Assembly (NCBI GenBank): GCA_964016885.1
Contig: OZ024745.1
Span: 112,778,001 to 112,842,000, forward strand
Source of the DNA: Eledone cirrhosa
Taxonomy: Eukaryota
Length of the DNA stretch: 64,000 bases
Reading direction: 5' to 3'
Made by a program: the position numbers and the translations under genes. Of the stretch, positions 22,631 to 36,843 are shown one piece after another; the stretch's first letter is position 1; every line of letters begins with the position of its first letter. A model generated the notes under the pieces. The model saw only the letters and a program-made list of their open reading frames with translations, was not told the DNA's origin and did no database searches.

Positions 22631-23719
22631 AACGTAAAAATAAACAAGAATTAACAATAAGACGAGCAAGTGGTGGAAGGGTGTGAGGCGTGTAAAGGTG
22701 GTGGCGGGTGGAGTTGGGCGAGGGAGGCGGGGGGTCGAAGCTGGGAAGGCTGAAGGTGGTGTTTGTGTATGTGTGTAGGTGTACGTGAGTGTGTGTGTGT
22801 ATGTGAGAAGAAGGACGAGGTTCCATGTTTTGGATTCCGGAGGTTGAGAGTGTATATAAGTGGGGGTAAGCACCTGTGTGTTTGTGTTTATATGTGGTGT
22901 GGATGTTGGTGGCGTGGTGCGAAAAAAAATGTGAGTGTATGTTCCTGAGGTAGTTCCATCGAGTGTGAGAAGAGATGCTGGATATATATATATATGAAAA
23001 CTATAGAAATTATTGTAGCAAGGAGCCAACAGTATTCCATATATATATATATATGGACTTGGTCATTACTTGAATATAAAACAATGTGAGAAAGAGAAAG
23101 TCATAAAATCTTGTTTACTTTTCCCAAATATAATTTTATTATGCTCTGATTAATTGATTTTTATTAATTCCTTCATTGGGAAAAATTGGTATTGGTTGGA
23201 CTCCCTCATATGTATGTCTATACTTGTGTATAAATATATTTATATCTTCAATTAATTTGTTAAATACTCCCTTGTGGTAGAGTATACAATTTGGCGGCAT
23301 CAGATTTTTTCTAGCAGCCCGTTACTTGCCATTGTCCATCTACCACTGTCCTTCTGTTGACCGTTAATTTGTAGTTTACTTGAAGCATAGTGTATAGAAA
23401 GTTTGAAGTTTGAAAGCCACAACAATGTGAAATGGACCAATGTCCTGATATTTCGAGATTAAAATCTTTTCTTTGGAGGAAGCAGCGTTTGAAGAAGTTG
23501 ATTTGGCAGCTGGCTTTAGCGTGCTTCTCCAATAGCCAGAAAAGTTCCTTGGTGGTTGTAAACTGGGTCTGGTTCAGGCGTAAGGAGAGGAAGAATTTGT
23601 AGTTGACATTGTGTAAGAGAAGTTTGAAGTTTGAAAGCCACGACAATGTGAAATGGACGAATAACCTGATATTTGGTTGGACTGTTGCAGTTCACATGAA
23701 TGGCCAGCAAGAAGTCGTG

Positions 23720-24165
23720 ACTAGCGCTATGCGACTTTTTCCTGTTGGGGTTAATGAAGGGAGGATTTTATTGCTCAAAACCAAACCTCTGACTCAATTG
23801 GAGGAACGCATTCGTCATATACTGACCAACAAACAACCTGAGTTGCTGATGAAGTCAGTCAAGGATATACCCAGACGATTACAAATAATTGTTTCTACTT
23901 TTGGCACAAGGCCAGCAATAACCCAGTGCATTACTGGTACTTTATTTTATCGACTCCGGAAGGATGTAAGGTAAAGTTAACCTCGGCGGGATTTGAACTC
24001 AGATCATACAGGGAGGTAACTCTATGCTTCAAAGCATGGCATCCGACCCTCTACCGATACTGCCAATCCAATGGTGGACAACACTGGTACCTATTTTAAC
24101 ACTGTACTGTACTTCTACCATTATATTATTCAAAATAAAGCACGTTTTATGAAAACCACCGATAA
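23720..24165 (+). mobile_element. Tc1/mariner-type transposase C-terminal remnant interrupted by a SINE A copy (23884-24070 -)
   Basis: KPLTQLEERIRHILTNKQPELLMKSVKDIPRRLQ preceded by a frameshifted DFFLxG-like segment. Confidence 0.55.
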
Positions 24166-24464
24166 TTAACAAAGTTATTAACAATTTCAAATAGAGAATA
24201 TATATATATATGTATATATGTATATATATGAATATATGTATATATATGAATATATGAATATATATGAATATATGAATATATGAATATATGTATATATATG
24301 TATATATAATGAATATATGTATATATATGTATATATAATGTATGAATATATGTATACTCTTTTACTCTTTTACCTGTTTCAGCCATCCGGCTGAGGCCAT
24401 GCTGGGGCACCGCCCATGAATATATGAATATATGAATATATGTATATATATATGAATATATGAA

Positions 24465-24533
<69 letters not shown>

Positions 24534-24865
24534 AACATGGGGAGAAGAATACTGCATGGTTGCACATGGATTACATATTATAAAATTAGTCCCTCATCAG
24601 TGATTTGCCAAATACCAATGATCGTTGGTAAATCACTGATGAGGGACTATATATATATATAGAGAGAGAGAGATTGGAGGTGGAGATAGGGAGTTACCAG
24701 TTTAGACTAGTAAGATCATTGTTTAGCTTAGTACTCGATACTTCAAACAATAGAGAATTCATTACAAGAATGTAGTCTCGTAACTTTATTCAAATGTTAG
24801 ATTAACAAATAGATCTCTGTAACACATGTTATCTTCATCGTCTCTTTGGATCATCAGGTAATAAT

Positions 24866-25056
24866 ATTAATTGTTTCTACTTTAGGCACAAGGCCAGCAA
24901 TTATCCAGTGCATTGCTGGTACTTTATTTTATCGACCCCGTAAGGATGAAAGGCAAAGTCAACCTCGGCGGGATTTGAACTCAGATCGTAAAGGGACGTA
25001 ACTATGCTGCAAAGCATGGCGTCCGACCCTCTACCGATACTGCCAATCCACCGCCG
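24866..25056 (-). mobile_element. SINE family A, full length (further near-identical copies: 35974-36162 -, 42850-43226 + tandem, 46217-46411 -, 50331-50487 +, 51322-51515 -, 52062-52250 +, 57308-57490 -)
   Basis: Box A TGGCAGTATCGG, Box B GAGTTCAAATCC, core CTTTGCCTTTCATCCTTACGGGGTCGATAAAATAAAGTACCAG; flanked by the short direct repeat GGTAATAATATTAAT. Confidence 0.92.
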
Positions 25057-25112
25057 TTAGGTAATAATATTAATGCACATATATTGTTTGAATGTTGAAA
25101 TACGAATGTGAC

Positions 25113-25440
25113 AGCGCGTGGCTTAGTGGTTTTGGATTCACAATTGGGAGGTTGTGAGTTCGATGCCCGGACCTGGCAGTGTGTTGTGTCCTTTAGTAAA
25201 ACACTTTATTTCACGTTGCTCTAGTTCACGCAGCTGTAGAAATGAATTATGACGTCACTGTTACCAAGCTGTATCAGCCTTTGCCTTTCCCCTGGACAAC
25301 ATCGGTGTCACGGAGAGGGAAGCTTGAGATGAATGGTCAATTGAGGTCTTCCACAAAAACACCTTGCCCGGCTTGTGCCTCGGAGGATTTCTTTCTAGCT
25401 GCAAATTCTGTAGTCACTCCTGGCCGACATGGGGTGGCTT
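25113..25440 (+). mobile_element. tRNA-derived SINE
   Basis: GCGTGGCTTAGTGG...GTGAGTTCGATGCC...ACACTTTATTTCACGTTGCTCTAGTTCAC.CAGCTGTAGAAATGA head shared with SINE family B. Confidence 0.7.
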
Positions 25441-26869
25441 TAATCTTTAGAAAGTTTGTAAAAGGTAAATGGCTTCCTTTAAGTGTTTTAAATAATACTC
25501 TTTGCCTGTAACGTTACAGTGCAGCTGCGAGTGTATTGTTTGCAATGTAGTTGCGAGTGTAATATGTGAAACTTTAGGAACTTGCGAATGTGAAGAGACA
25601 TACCGAGGAGGATAGATATACTTCTTTATTTATTTGTTGTTTCAAATGGTTCGACGATGAAGTACATTCTAGGACATTTTAAAACTTGATGGAGCCCACT
25701 CCTCTCCGGGTCTGAACTCAGCCGATTTTTTCCAGAGAAAGGGAGAATGAGAGAGAGAGAAGGGAAGTGAGAAATTGATACAGAGGAAGAATCGACTATT
25801 ACATTATTTATCGACCTTAAAAGTTGACCTCGGCGGTATTTGAACTGAGAGCTCGCTCAGAGAACCGGAACGAATATCACAAAGCATTCTATCTGATGTT
25901 CAATGTCTCGGCATATTCGCTATTTTCGCTTCCAGCAGCAGTGAGCATAAACTGTCAAAGCTTGAACAATTAGATCACTTAAAGTACCAGGTTTTAGAGC
26001 AGTTGTAGCGAGATCTGAAAGTTGTTGCGTTAATTAGACAGTAATCAGATAATTGATAGTTAGTACGAGTGGATTTATTTTGGGAAACGAGAAAAGAATC
26101 GAGTTTAATGCGTCAATACCAACTAATGGAGACTATTTCGAATGGCAAATGATTTACCTGTGTGCTAGAAGGTATGTGAGGAAGATGTATGATCCAGATG
26201 TTATGTAATCTTATATTAGGATTCATTTGAACACCGTTTCCATAGCTCTGCGACACTGTCGGTATATATATATGCGGAAATAACTTATGAGTGTTTAAGG
26301 AAGGCTAAAGGAGTAAACTTCTAGAGAAAATCCAGCGGGAAAGTCCCAAGTCAGATATATACAGTTATATTTGACCATTACCTGACATCCCCTGCGACTT
26401 CGTGGCTACTTTGAACATGTTGACTTGTCATTCCTTTGTAACTTATCCAAGAAGAGTGGAGAGGTAGTAAGTATACTTTGGGTTAGGCATTTGCTATCAG
26501 CCCAGACACAGTAGAGACGAATATGAAATTGGCCCTAGATATAGATGCGGCAATAGCAATGAATATTTAAGTGGCGTATGGAAAAAGAGAGGACACTTCA
26601 TCACTCGCCGAGTGAGTAGAAACAACACAGAAAACGAGTTACGTGTTATAAGCTTCCTTTATTGGCATAAGGTGAGCGCCACAAGTCTCCTTTGACAGTG
26701 GAGCGAGTATTTAGTTGCACTGGTTGGTTAATGCCCGCTTAAGATAGGCAGCCCCAGAGCCAGTGAGGTACCAATCCCCCAGATCTCGTTGCTCTACTGG
26801 GTGGATAGAGATAGACAAAAAGCTGAAAGGCAGATAAAAAACCTCGACCCAGCAATAAAAGAAATAGGA

Positions 26870-27075
26870 CACTACGGATGTGAATTTGAAATGTCAGGAC
26901 TATGCAACCAGGACTAGACAATATGAACATTGCGCGTGGATTTATAATGAAAACAGCAATTATAGACAAGGAATTACTAACACTGAATCTCGACATCGTT
27001 GCTCCAAGAAACGTGAATTTGTAAGAAGTGGCTCACTCTAGAAGAACTTTATCTCCTTTTGGAAAGGTCTAAACA
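26870..27075 (+). mobile_element. RTE-type AP-endonuclease N-terminal remnant
   Basis: NVRTMQPGL...KTAIIDKELLTLNLDIVA, decayed. Confidence 0.55.
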
Positions 27076-27397
27076 CTAATCAATATCGGCTATATGGAGT
27101 CGAGATGGACATCTGGCAGTTTCGACCCCCTACCGACGGTGCTGCTAGTCCACCCGGCGCCACAGCGTCTGACGTAAGACAAAGCGTTGTCAGAGGAGTA
27201 AAAAGACAAGACAAATCAATAACTTATTGCAGTTAAGCCATAACACATACACACAATGTTTTGTGACGACCAGGAGAAGGTATTGGGCTTTATATAGCAA
27301 ACGTAGTCTCGTGAAAAAATGAAGTTAAGAAAGGAAAAGGACAAGAAGAGGAAAGTTAGATATCTTGTTAAAAAAAACCTTCGTCACAGATTGTTAA

Positions 27398-27707
27398 TCT
27401 ATATATCTAAAACAAAGAATGTCTGTCTGTCTGTCTGACAACTCCCTAAAACTCGAGAACCACCCAACCGATTGTTTTCAAATTTTACACATGTAATACT
27501 TACGGTCCTGTGAGTGTTTCGAGCAAAACATATTTCAAATTTTCAATGCCCTAGGGACCACATTAGGCGATTTAGCGCTCTCTCTCTATAATTCTTAGTC
27601 TTTCTTTTTAGATAGATACATAGATATAACGTCGCGCCCATATAATATCTGTCTGTATGTCTGGCTGTCTGCATTACGACATTATGACGCTATATATGTG
27701 TGTGTGT

Positions 27708-27774
<67 letters not shown>

Positions 27775-28817
27775 GTGTGTGCATATATATATATATATAT
27801 ATAGTGTGTAACGTTTTTCGAAATATTTACTTCTGCGTTAACAGATTGATTTTTTTTAGTTTCAGAAGATCCCGTTAAGCAGCGATTCTTTGTTTAACTT
27901 GCTCTGATGTTGGGTTTGAATAGTTTTTAGGATTCATCAGTTCAGCAGCCAGTACATTAAAGAAAATTGATAGTTACAACAATAAAACAATAAAGGCTGA
28001 ACAGAGAACACATTTTAAAACAAACTTTACAATAATTTGTACAACCATAATGGAAATTCCAAGAAACAGAAAATACATAAATTACATTGTTAGAGCCTCA
28101 GAGTATACACTATTTTTTGTTCGGCCCTCGGGAGCAAAGATGAAAAGATTGTTTGGCGAGCTCACCCTAGAGCATCCTACATACAATTAACCATGGGAGA
28201 AGCATGGTTTTCCAAGATGAAGGCCAGCCACTTTTAGGGTTTGACCCTGAGCTTTGTTGATGGTAATCGCGAAGCTTAGTCTCTCTGTTGCTCTAGTAAC
28301 ATTTTTTCTTCTGGAAAATCTGATCTTGAGGCCAGGCTGGGACTTTTTGGGTGGCATATCGGCAGTAACAATGACGATAAGCCGTCTGTGCTTTCGTGAA
28401 ATAAATACGTTTGTTTATATTTTGTTTTTGTGTATGCAAAAATATCTCTACACTAATATATAACTATATATATATATATACAAATATATACATATATATA
28501 TTAAAATATACATATATATATTAAAATAACAGATTAAAATTTAAGCAAAGAATTCTGCTTTCACCCTTAACGGGATCTTCTGAAACTAAAAAAATCAATC
28601 TGTGAACGCAGAAGTAAATATTTCGAAAAACATTGCAACCGAAGGAAAACAGGAAGACGATACTTTGGTTCGTAAAGACGTTCCCTGGCAATGAACGGAA
28701 AAAGATAATACGTCAGCAATGAGAACAATATTTGCTCTAGGGTTCTTAAATATTTGATATATATTTATCCTTATCGAGCCCTCTTTTTATTTTAGTCTTC
28801 ACATGTATTATTATTAC

Positions 28818-28910
<93 letters not shown>

Positions 28911-29353
28911 TTATTGAGAGGGTGTGCGGTATCTTTGCACTGAATTAATTAAAAGTTGATTAGAAGCGAAGTAAATGCAGACAGGCAGCAAACAGACAGA
29001 TATTATAAGCGTGCGCCGTTATAGCTATGTATCTAATGCAGACAGCCAGACATACAGAGACATATTATAAGGGCGCGACGTTATAGCTATGTATCTATCT
29101 AAAAAGACAAACTAAGAAAGAGAAAGGAATGTCGTATAACCGGAAGTGTTGACATTTGAAAATGTTAAAGAAGTGATTATTTAAATAAACGATAAAATAT
29201 CTTTAATCTTTTAAGGAAATTAAGAAGACAAAAATACCCCCACTTTCTTACTTGGAAAAAGTTACATCTATGGTGCAAATTTGGTGCTTTTTGGTCCAGC
29301 CGTTTGGCGAAAAGTTATTTACATACATACGGCCATCAGCTTTATAATATAGA
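27398..29353. mobile_element. Composite of two inward-facing Helitron 5' ends, a Helitron helicase remnant and Penelope pLTR fragments
   Basis: TC-starting Helitron-like ends at 27398 (+) and 29353 (-); outer inverted repeat ~27592-27675/29033-29118; Penelope pLTR pieces at 27805-27899, 28521-28715 and 28726-28820. Confidence 0.7.
28082..28282 (-). pseudogene. Helitron RepHel Pif1-type helicase C-terminus
   Basis: RLSFAITINKAQGQTLKVAGLHLGKPCFSHG*LYVGCSRVSSPNNLFIFAPEGRTKNSVYSEALTM* (helicase motifs V/VI; one internal stop). Confidence 0.9.
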
Positions 29354-30407
29354 TACAAAGGAAAGGGAAAGGAAAAAAAAGAAAGAGAAAAAATACACAA
29401 GCAGGTAATACACACATCTTAGGCCACAGAACAATATGCAGGCGAAAGAGTGAGAAAAGAGCCGCTACCAGAGCAAAAGATAACAATATAGCGTCGTTTT
29501 TGAAGTTTTTCTTAATATTATTTGCCAAAAATGAACCTCGTGTTATGTCGATTAACTCAACTTTATAATATTTTGAAGTAATATTGTATAAAATCATTTA
29601 ACAATTTATAGAGGAAGAAGGTTATAATTCAACATTCGTCGTTTTTCGAATTAAGTCTTGACTTCTGGAACTCATTAACAACATAAGGTGAGGTATACCT
29701 GTACATATTTTCTGATTTTTATTAAAACATTAAATATTAAGCCCAAGAATATTAGAATAAATTAGTTTCAAAACATAATGAAATAGTCAAACACATATAA
29801 GACTTAAACTATTTATATTTTTACCAGATTTTTTTGTATTTGGCAACCCACAATACATAATATCTAAGTGGGATGAGCGGATGCTGGTTTGGAAGAAATG
29901 AGTTGAGGGGGATTAGTTTGCGACATATAGTTACATCCATTTAGGTTCTGAGTTCAAACCATGTCTGTCATCCTTAGGTGGCTGGTAAAATAAAGTACCA
30001 GTAACGCACTGGAGTCGATCTAATCGACTTTCCCTTCCCCACAAATTATTGACCTTGGGCTAAACCAGAACCCATTATTTTGTGAGTGCATTTTTAAATA
30101 TCGCTTTTTGTTTTGAACAGTCATTCAGCAGTTCAGCTGAAGCAAAAAGAATTGAAACGGTTAGTGAATTTTTCTCATATTTCTTTTAGCATTAGAAATC
30201 AAAAATTTCATTTCATTATACAATTTTATATTTAGGATTATTTGAAATGTTAGGCAAATGCCGTTACCTTCTCTACACAAAAGTATATATACATCATTGT
30301 ACACATACACACACACATATAAGTATGCGAGAAGTAAACGACAAAAGCAAACAATATAGTACAATCAAGATATATATTTGTTTAATGCTTGATATAGTAG
30401 GAAAAGA

Positions 30408-30446
30408 GTCTTAACATTTCGGACACTTGTCCTTCATCAAAAGATA
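30408..30446 (-). ncRNA. Degenerate minimal hammerhead-like motif
   Basis: tTGATGA-a-GGAC(aagt)GTCC-GAAA-TGT-TA-AGA; core C3->T. Confidence 0.4.
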
Positions 30447-30607
30447 GAATGAGAAATAAAAGAAGAAATAGAAAGATAAAAAAAATGTGAAGACGAGAAA
30501 CGGAAAACATCTTTTGAAGAAAATGCACATGTGATATTAATGGATGTGAGAACAAGTACTCAACACTGAAGTAGAGTTTAAATATCTTTTATTATGGCTA
30601 TGTGATG

Positions 30608-30662
30608 AGTTTTATTACTTTGGGGTTTCACTTGCGCACTCACAGAATCATCAGATAAAACT
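30608..30662 (-). ncRNA. Type-I hammerhead-like motif with intact core
   Basis: AGTTTTAT-CTGATGA-(TGTG agtg CGCA stem II)-GAAA-C(cccaaa)G-TA-ATAAAACT: perfect 8-bp stem I, GUA cleavage triplet, AATAAA downstream. Confidence 0.65.
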
Positions 30663-30745
30663 AAATATTCAATATGGTTGAAAATCCAGAGTAACGAGAC
30701 TCATCTCTCAACCACAATAGAGAATACACGTACACACGCACACAT

Positions 30746-30834
<89 letters not shown>

Positions 30835-30862
30835 GTGTGTGTGAATAATACACACACACACA

Positions 30863-30907
<45 letters not shown>

Positions 30908-33900
30908 CAGGGGACTGGAATGGCGTCTTAGACGCACGTTGGGACTATGTAGGAGCTTGTGATAATAGAGGGGGTGTAATAGCCTCAAAAATCTCATCAG
31001 CCAATTCCAACTGGCTGATAGATATCGACTAGACTTCCAAAGTGCACCACTGTGGACGTGGAGCAACCGCACTGGGTCTTCTAGATCGTATTTAGATAGA
31101 TTTTTAATTAGAGAGAATGATAAGGAAACATTAAGCTGTCCACAAATGCACATGGTTGCCTATTCAGACCACAAATTAGTCACCTGCGTAGTCAAACTTG
31201 ATAGAATACATAGACAGGGACCCGGATACTAGAAGCTAAACATGTCGCTCCCGACGCGTAAGTTTTACAGTAAACGGATTAGCACCTTAGTTAAGTGCCA
31301 GTTGATGGGGGCGATCGTCAACAACAGGTGGTGGAGCTCTCTCAAGAGAGCAATTAGAATAGAATCAATCGCATTTAGCAAGGAAGTAGCTTTAGAAAAA
31401 AACAAAACTGAAAAGGAACTGGTAGCTAAATTAGAAGAGGCACTTTAGGAATGGCAGTACAGCTGACGTGCTAGCGGCGAGAACGGCACTAGACCAGTTC
31501 TTCAACGTGAAACACGGAGGTTGTATTGTCAGAAGTAGAACACGTGCTCTAAGAAACGAGGGAGCCAAAGCTGTTAGCGGGGCCCGAGTGGCAGAGGCGA
31601 AAAGTGGCAACAAATCCACAATTCGGTTTTTGCAAGACAAAAATGGACGCATTATACTTGAATCCAAGCAAATGTGCGCGGCCTTCCAGCAGCATTTTGC
31701 ACAACTGTTCGGGCAAAGCGGTACATCGAGCGAGGTGATGGACTTCAGCTCCTACCTCGACGGCGACTCTCGAGCACGGATGCGGAGAGCTGCGAAAGGT
31801 CGATCACAGCGGGAGAAATAGAAGATGCCCTAGGCCGTTGCGGGAAACGCAAATCACCCGGTTTAGATGGTCTACCCTATGAGTTTTACATAGGCATGCC
31901 AGACTTGTTCTCTGGCGTCCTCGAAGCGGTCTAGTGCAACTGGCAGCAGAACGGGAGGATTCCCAGTTCTGTAGGCAGAGGCGTAGTAACGCTGATCAGG
32001 AAAGATGAGAACAAGGGGGATGAGATAAGCAATTTCAAGCCCATAACTCTGCTCAACACAGAGTTAAAGATTTTGGCCAAGGTGTTAGCAGCAAGGCTGG
32101 CACTTGTCGTCGAGAACCTGGCAATCCCGACCAGGTCCATACACAAGAACCTCCACCTCATGCGATACATCACAGAGAGGGTAGGGTATAAACCCGGCTT
32201 TGGTGGGGATCTGATCAATTTAGATCAGTCTAAGGCATTTGAAAGGGTCGACCATCAATACTTGGAAGCAGTTCTCAAGGCGGCCGGCTTCGGTCCCGTC
32301 TTCAGAGGCTGGATCGCTGCCATGCACACTAGCATCTGCTCGGCAGTCAAGGTTAACGGCTACCTATCAGAGCCATTCCAAATCATGCGTTCCATCCGTC
32401 AGGGATGCCCTCTCTCCTCCATTCTGTATGTACTGACTCGCGAACCGTTACTGCGGAAATTGGAGCTGTTGCAGGGCATCCCGATCGAACCAGCCTATGG
32501 CGACGACATAACCGTAATGGTGTCGAAAACCTCGGAAATCAAGGTAATCGGCAACCTATTACAGAAATACGAAACGTTGACAGGAGCAAGACTAAACCCA
32601 AACAAGTCTGTCGGTTGGCAACTCGGCACATAGAGAGGCAAACCCATGCCTTCTGACAGTGTCATTCCGTCGGTGAAATTGCTCGGGGTCTGGTTCAGTC
32701 CAGACCTCCAGGTGGACAAGAACAGGAACGAGGTCACGGCGAAGGTGTTTGCACTCACCCAGAAGTGGGCTGAGTGCAAACTCTCCTTGAAAGGTCGAGC
32801 GGAGGTGGCGAACACATACATAGCATCCGTCATCTACTACCGCTTGACAGTAGTGCCTTGCCCCCGCGAATACCTTACCAAAATGGAACGCCTACTCTTC
32901 AAGTTCCTCTGGAAGAAACAGGCTCCATTGGTGAGGAGATCCATCTGTTGTCAACACCCTTCTAACGGAGGGCTGGGTATGCCGTGGCTGATGATGCGCA
33001 AACATGCGCTGAGGCTATGCCATCTCCAGGTATTCCTGACCGGTGAACTGGTGTGGCTGTCGTTTGTGAGACAAGCTCTTCCACAACTCGTCTCACTAAC
33101 AGAACTGCAGTCCTGGGTCAAGCGAAGACCGAAAATGGGTGCCTGGCACTTCGAGTGCCTACAGACGCTCAGCCCTATACCAAGCGGAAACGGCAATCAG
33201 CGGAGACTCCACTTCGACATTCTATAGGGGTTTAGTGGAGGATAAGTGTGACAACGTTCTCGGAGAAACTCTAGGCATCGAGGAGGACGAACTGACCAGT
33301 CTGTTTGAGAGGACTTTCCGTCCAGGGCCTATGCATAACTTCCAGAGGTCTCTGGCCTGGCAGTGCTACCGAGAAGCTCTACCAGTTCGAGACAAAATCT
33401 ACAGCCACGGACGCCCTGGCAGAGATCCTGCCAAAAGGACCTGTCCAAGATGCGAGCAGGACATCGAAACCGTTCTGTACGCAATTGTTCAGTGCCCAGG
33501 GGTGACCGACATGTGGAATTATGTCGAACAGCTGCTGTCACATGTGGGATGCATCCAGTTGCCAGCCGAGTCCATTGTGAGGATCACCCCACCGCCTTCA
33601 TTTAAGAACGAAGGAGAGGCGGTTTTCCTCTGTCTGGTGGCTATGGCGAAAGAGGTAATATGGTGGACGAGGTTAAAAGGACTGATGGCAAACCCCCTTT
33701 CTCTCGGGACAACAACTTATCCCCTTCTTTAAGTATCACTTCAGAAGGAAGGTGAGAGTGGAGAGAGGTGCTACACCCCAGTAAATTCGCTGAAAGGTGG
33801 GTGAATGTGGCAAAAAATGGCCCGAGTGAATGGGCCTTCTCTGTATATAAACCTGTAGGTTGAGGAAGATAAACAGAGGGAAGACAGGAACACCTACAAA

Positions 33901-34106
33901 ACGTGTTCCTGGTGTTGAGGGTTGTTCTATCCACGGGGTGTAAAACAACCCTGCAGTAACGTTCGCCCCCTATTGGGGATTTCAATTGTTATTTTATTAT
34001 ATATAGTTTATTGTTATTTATTAATGTTAAAGTTATTTTTATGTAAAACCCCCGCCATCACGTCTTGTAATGTCCCTTGTACGCCCCTGTGGCAAATAAA
34101 GAAAGA
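30908..34106 (+). mobile_element. Tx1-clade (L1 group) LINE, 5'-truncated, ORF2 with stops and frameshifts
   Basis: APE remnant GDWN...SYLDRF...SDHK; RT motifs KSPGLDGLPYEFY, NLDQSKAFERVDH, RQGCPLS, AYGDDI; GGLGMP; C-terminal CPRC...ETVLYAIVQC; ends AATAAAGAAAGA; candidate TSD TATCTATCT (30899-30907 / 34107-34115). Confidence 0.92.
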
Positions 34107-34759
34107 TATCTATCTATATATACACACACATATATATATGTGTGTGTGTGTGTTTGTATAATACACACACTCACACATACACGCACACATATCTCTCTCT
34201 ATATACTTATCAAAGGTTTCAGATTATCATGAGTAGTTATATTTAATGTCTTATTTTCCTCCACTTCAGCTAAAATTGTAAAAGTGACTAATGCTATGTT
34301 ACCTTTTATTCTTTGACACTTAATGATAATAAATTATAAATAGGAAAATTCATCATAAAGGTAAAGATTTAAAAAGATTAAAAATGTTAAAGACTGACTA
34401 ACACATTTTGTGATACCACACCACTACTTTATCTATAATAACATCAACTACTGTAGTAATGGGGATAAGACAAGACTAGGCTTGTCCACCATATCTTTGT
34501 CATAGGTAATCTAAAATTATATGCTGTGCATAGTAGAGGGTGTTGCAAAAAGTTTTATATCATTTGAGATATCACAGAATTCTAGGACAAGACTGAGCAG
34601 GCTTAATATTGAACAGCATAAGATTTATTCTCTAAAATTGTCAACTTTATAACACTAATTCACAACATATAGTGGCAGTTTCTGGGATATTTACATCTCA
34701 AATGATATTTATTGATATATAATGATACCTATTTTTTGAAACACCATGGATGTTATCTT

Positions 34760-35190
34760 CTTTTTTTTTTCACCCACTTATTCCTGAGAGGGTCATAGGG
34801 CAGAGTCCTCATACATGCCTGCCAGTGGGTCATGTCAGAAGCAACTGTCTCCAATTTATCCAGCTGGATCTCCAAGCATGACCAGCCAAGCTCATGGATG
34901 TTATCAAGCAATCTTGCTTGGGGGGTCAACCCCTGGGTCTCATACCAGCTGGTTTGCCTATAAAATCTGTCCGACAATTCTTTCCTGAAACATTCTGACT
35001 ACATGCCTGTAGTTTTGGAGCTATGATCTCTCAATTCGGTAGTGGCTCTTCCTGGAGTAACTCTTTGATATCTGAGCTCCACACTTTATGTCCCATACAT
35101 AAAATTTTTAAATGCTGTCTTTGGCATGGATGCACAAATCTAGCCTGAATGAGGCAAAACAGCAACAACATTGGTTGTATCTTTAACAGA
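34760..35190 (-). mobile_element. Decayed RTE-like 3' fragment
   Basis: FVHPCQRQHLKILCM...GM*SE...LETVASDMTHWQ resembles the RTE C-terminal region. Confidence 0.45.
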
Positions 35191-36799
35191 AACACACTAA
35201 AGTTATCATTCTCTACCACTATTAATATAGCTCATGATATTGCTTCTTCTAACATACATAAATCAAACCGATAAAATAGATGTCATACTAACATGACAAG
35301 ATGTGAGATGCAATTGCTGAGTTCTTATTAACAGCCCTCTGATTCTTATTGTTCTGATAAAGCACTAGTGAATCAATGCACTGTCAAGATTGACTCGGCC
35401 GAAGGAATTACTATGCATAGCTTGAAACTATGGCACAAACAGCTACTGATTCCTTTCCATGCTCCAGCATGAAAAATGTTGAGAGAGAAATACAGTGAAA
35501 GACAAAGTGATGTATGAAAGACAAAGTGATATCACCATAGTAGTTAATTACACAGAAAGTGATGGTTTCTTCTCCAATACTCCAAGCTTGTCACCAACTG
35601 TTGTTGTCAGCTTGTGTGTTCATTATTTGAGACACTGTTCATCAACCGAAACGTTGCACATTCGGGAAAATTGTTCATTAACCGATTTGTTTGTGACGTG
35701 AGGTGTTTATAAACCGAGGTTCCACTATATTTCATTTTGTTGAATGGGAAATAGTCAACCGTTAACTTGGCTATTGTCTTGATACCATTTACACAAACTG
35801 TTGGCTAAAGACACCTAGCAACATCTCAGAGGACCAATTCCCCTCAATACAGTACTACAATGATTACTTGATTAGTGATCTTGCATGGCAGTATTTCAAC
35901 TAGTACCTCATCATTTTTACCTTCACCCACCAATCATATATTGTTGGCTGTCATATATTTAAGCTAAGCTGATTAATTGTTTCTACTTTAGGCACAAGGC
36001 CAGCAAAATACCCAGTGCATTACTGGTACTTTATTTTATCGACCCCGTAAGGATGAAGGCAAAGTCAACCTCGGCGGGATTTGAACTCAGATCGTAAAGG
36101 GACGTAACTATGCTGGAAAGCATGGCGTCCGACCCTCTACTGATACTGCCAATCCACCGCCCTCTAAGCTAAGCTGATTAATGAAAGATCATATAATTCA
36201 AGATGTCCCACCTCTCTTGTCTCTGTTCTAGTAGCATAGTTAGAGAGGGGCAAAGGGGGCAGTCCACCATGGGTGATACTTTTATGGGGGCAGCAGGTTT
36301 TGGGTCTGCTGTAGGCTATAAGCGTTCTTTTAATGCTGCAGCATAATATTATAATTGTACACAGACTAGTTTATATATATATCATCATCATCATCATCAT
36401 CATTTCATTTTACGTCCGCTTTTTCCCTGCTTGCAAGGGTGGGGCGGGAACTGATTCTGGGTTGATTTCTACAGCTGGATGCCCTTCCTAACACCAACCT
36501 CATTTACAGTGAGTGCTGGGTGCTTTTTTGCATGTATATATATATATATATATATATATATTAAGTAAAAAGAAATTCAAACACTCATATATGAAAAAAA
36601 CAGCCTGAGCCCCCCCCCCCCCCCCCTTGTTTGAAGAACTTTGTAACGCGAACTGGCGCGAAATTTATTATAATTATTGACCAACCAATCAAATTACTTC
36701 TCTAAAAACCTGGCGTTTCGAGCCACTTTTTTCCATATAAAACAAGTAACATTCAAAGACCAACCAGATGTGAGAAAAACTACAGACCCTCCATCTTAA

Positions 36800-36843
36800 C
36801 TCTACTTTTGAAAAGCAGAAGAACTGCGAAACTGGTAAAGGAG
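36800..36843 (+). ncRNA. Degenerate hammerhead-like motif
   Basis: CTCtaCTT-tTGAAaA-GCAG(aagaa)CTGC-GAAA-CTGG-TA-AAGGAG followed by AATAAA; two core mismatches. Confidence 0.4.

Noticed and set aside
24960-25056. tRNA-like Box A/Box B sequences in many places
   Set aside because: They are SINE heads continuing into SINE body and tail, with no complete cloverleaf.
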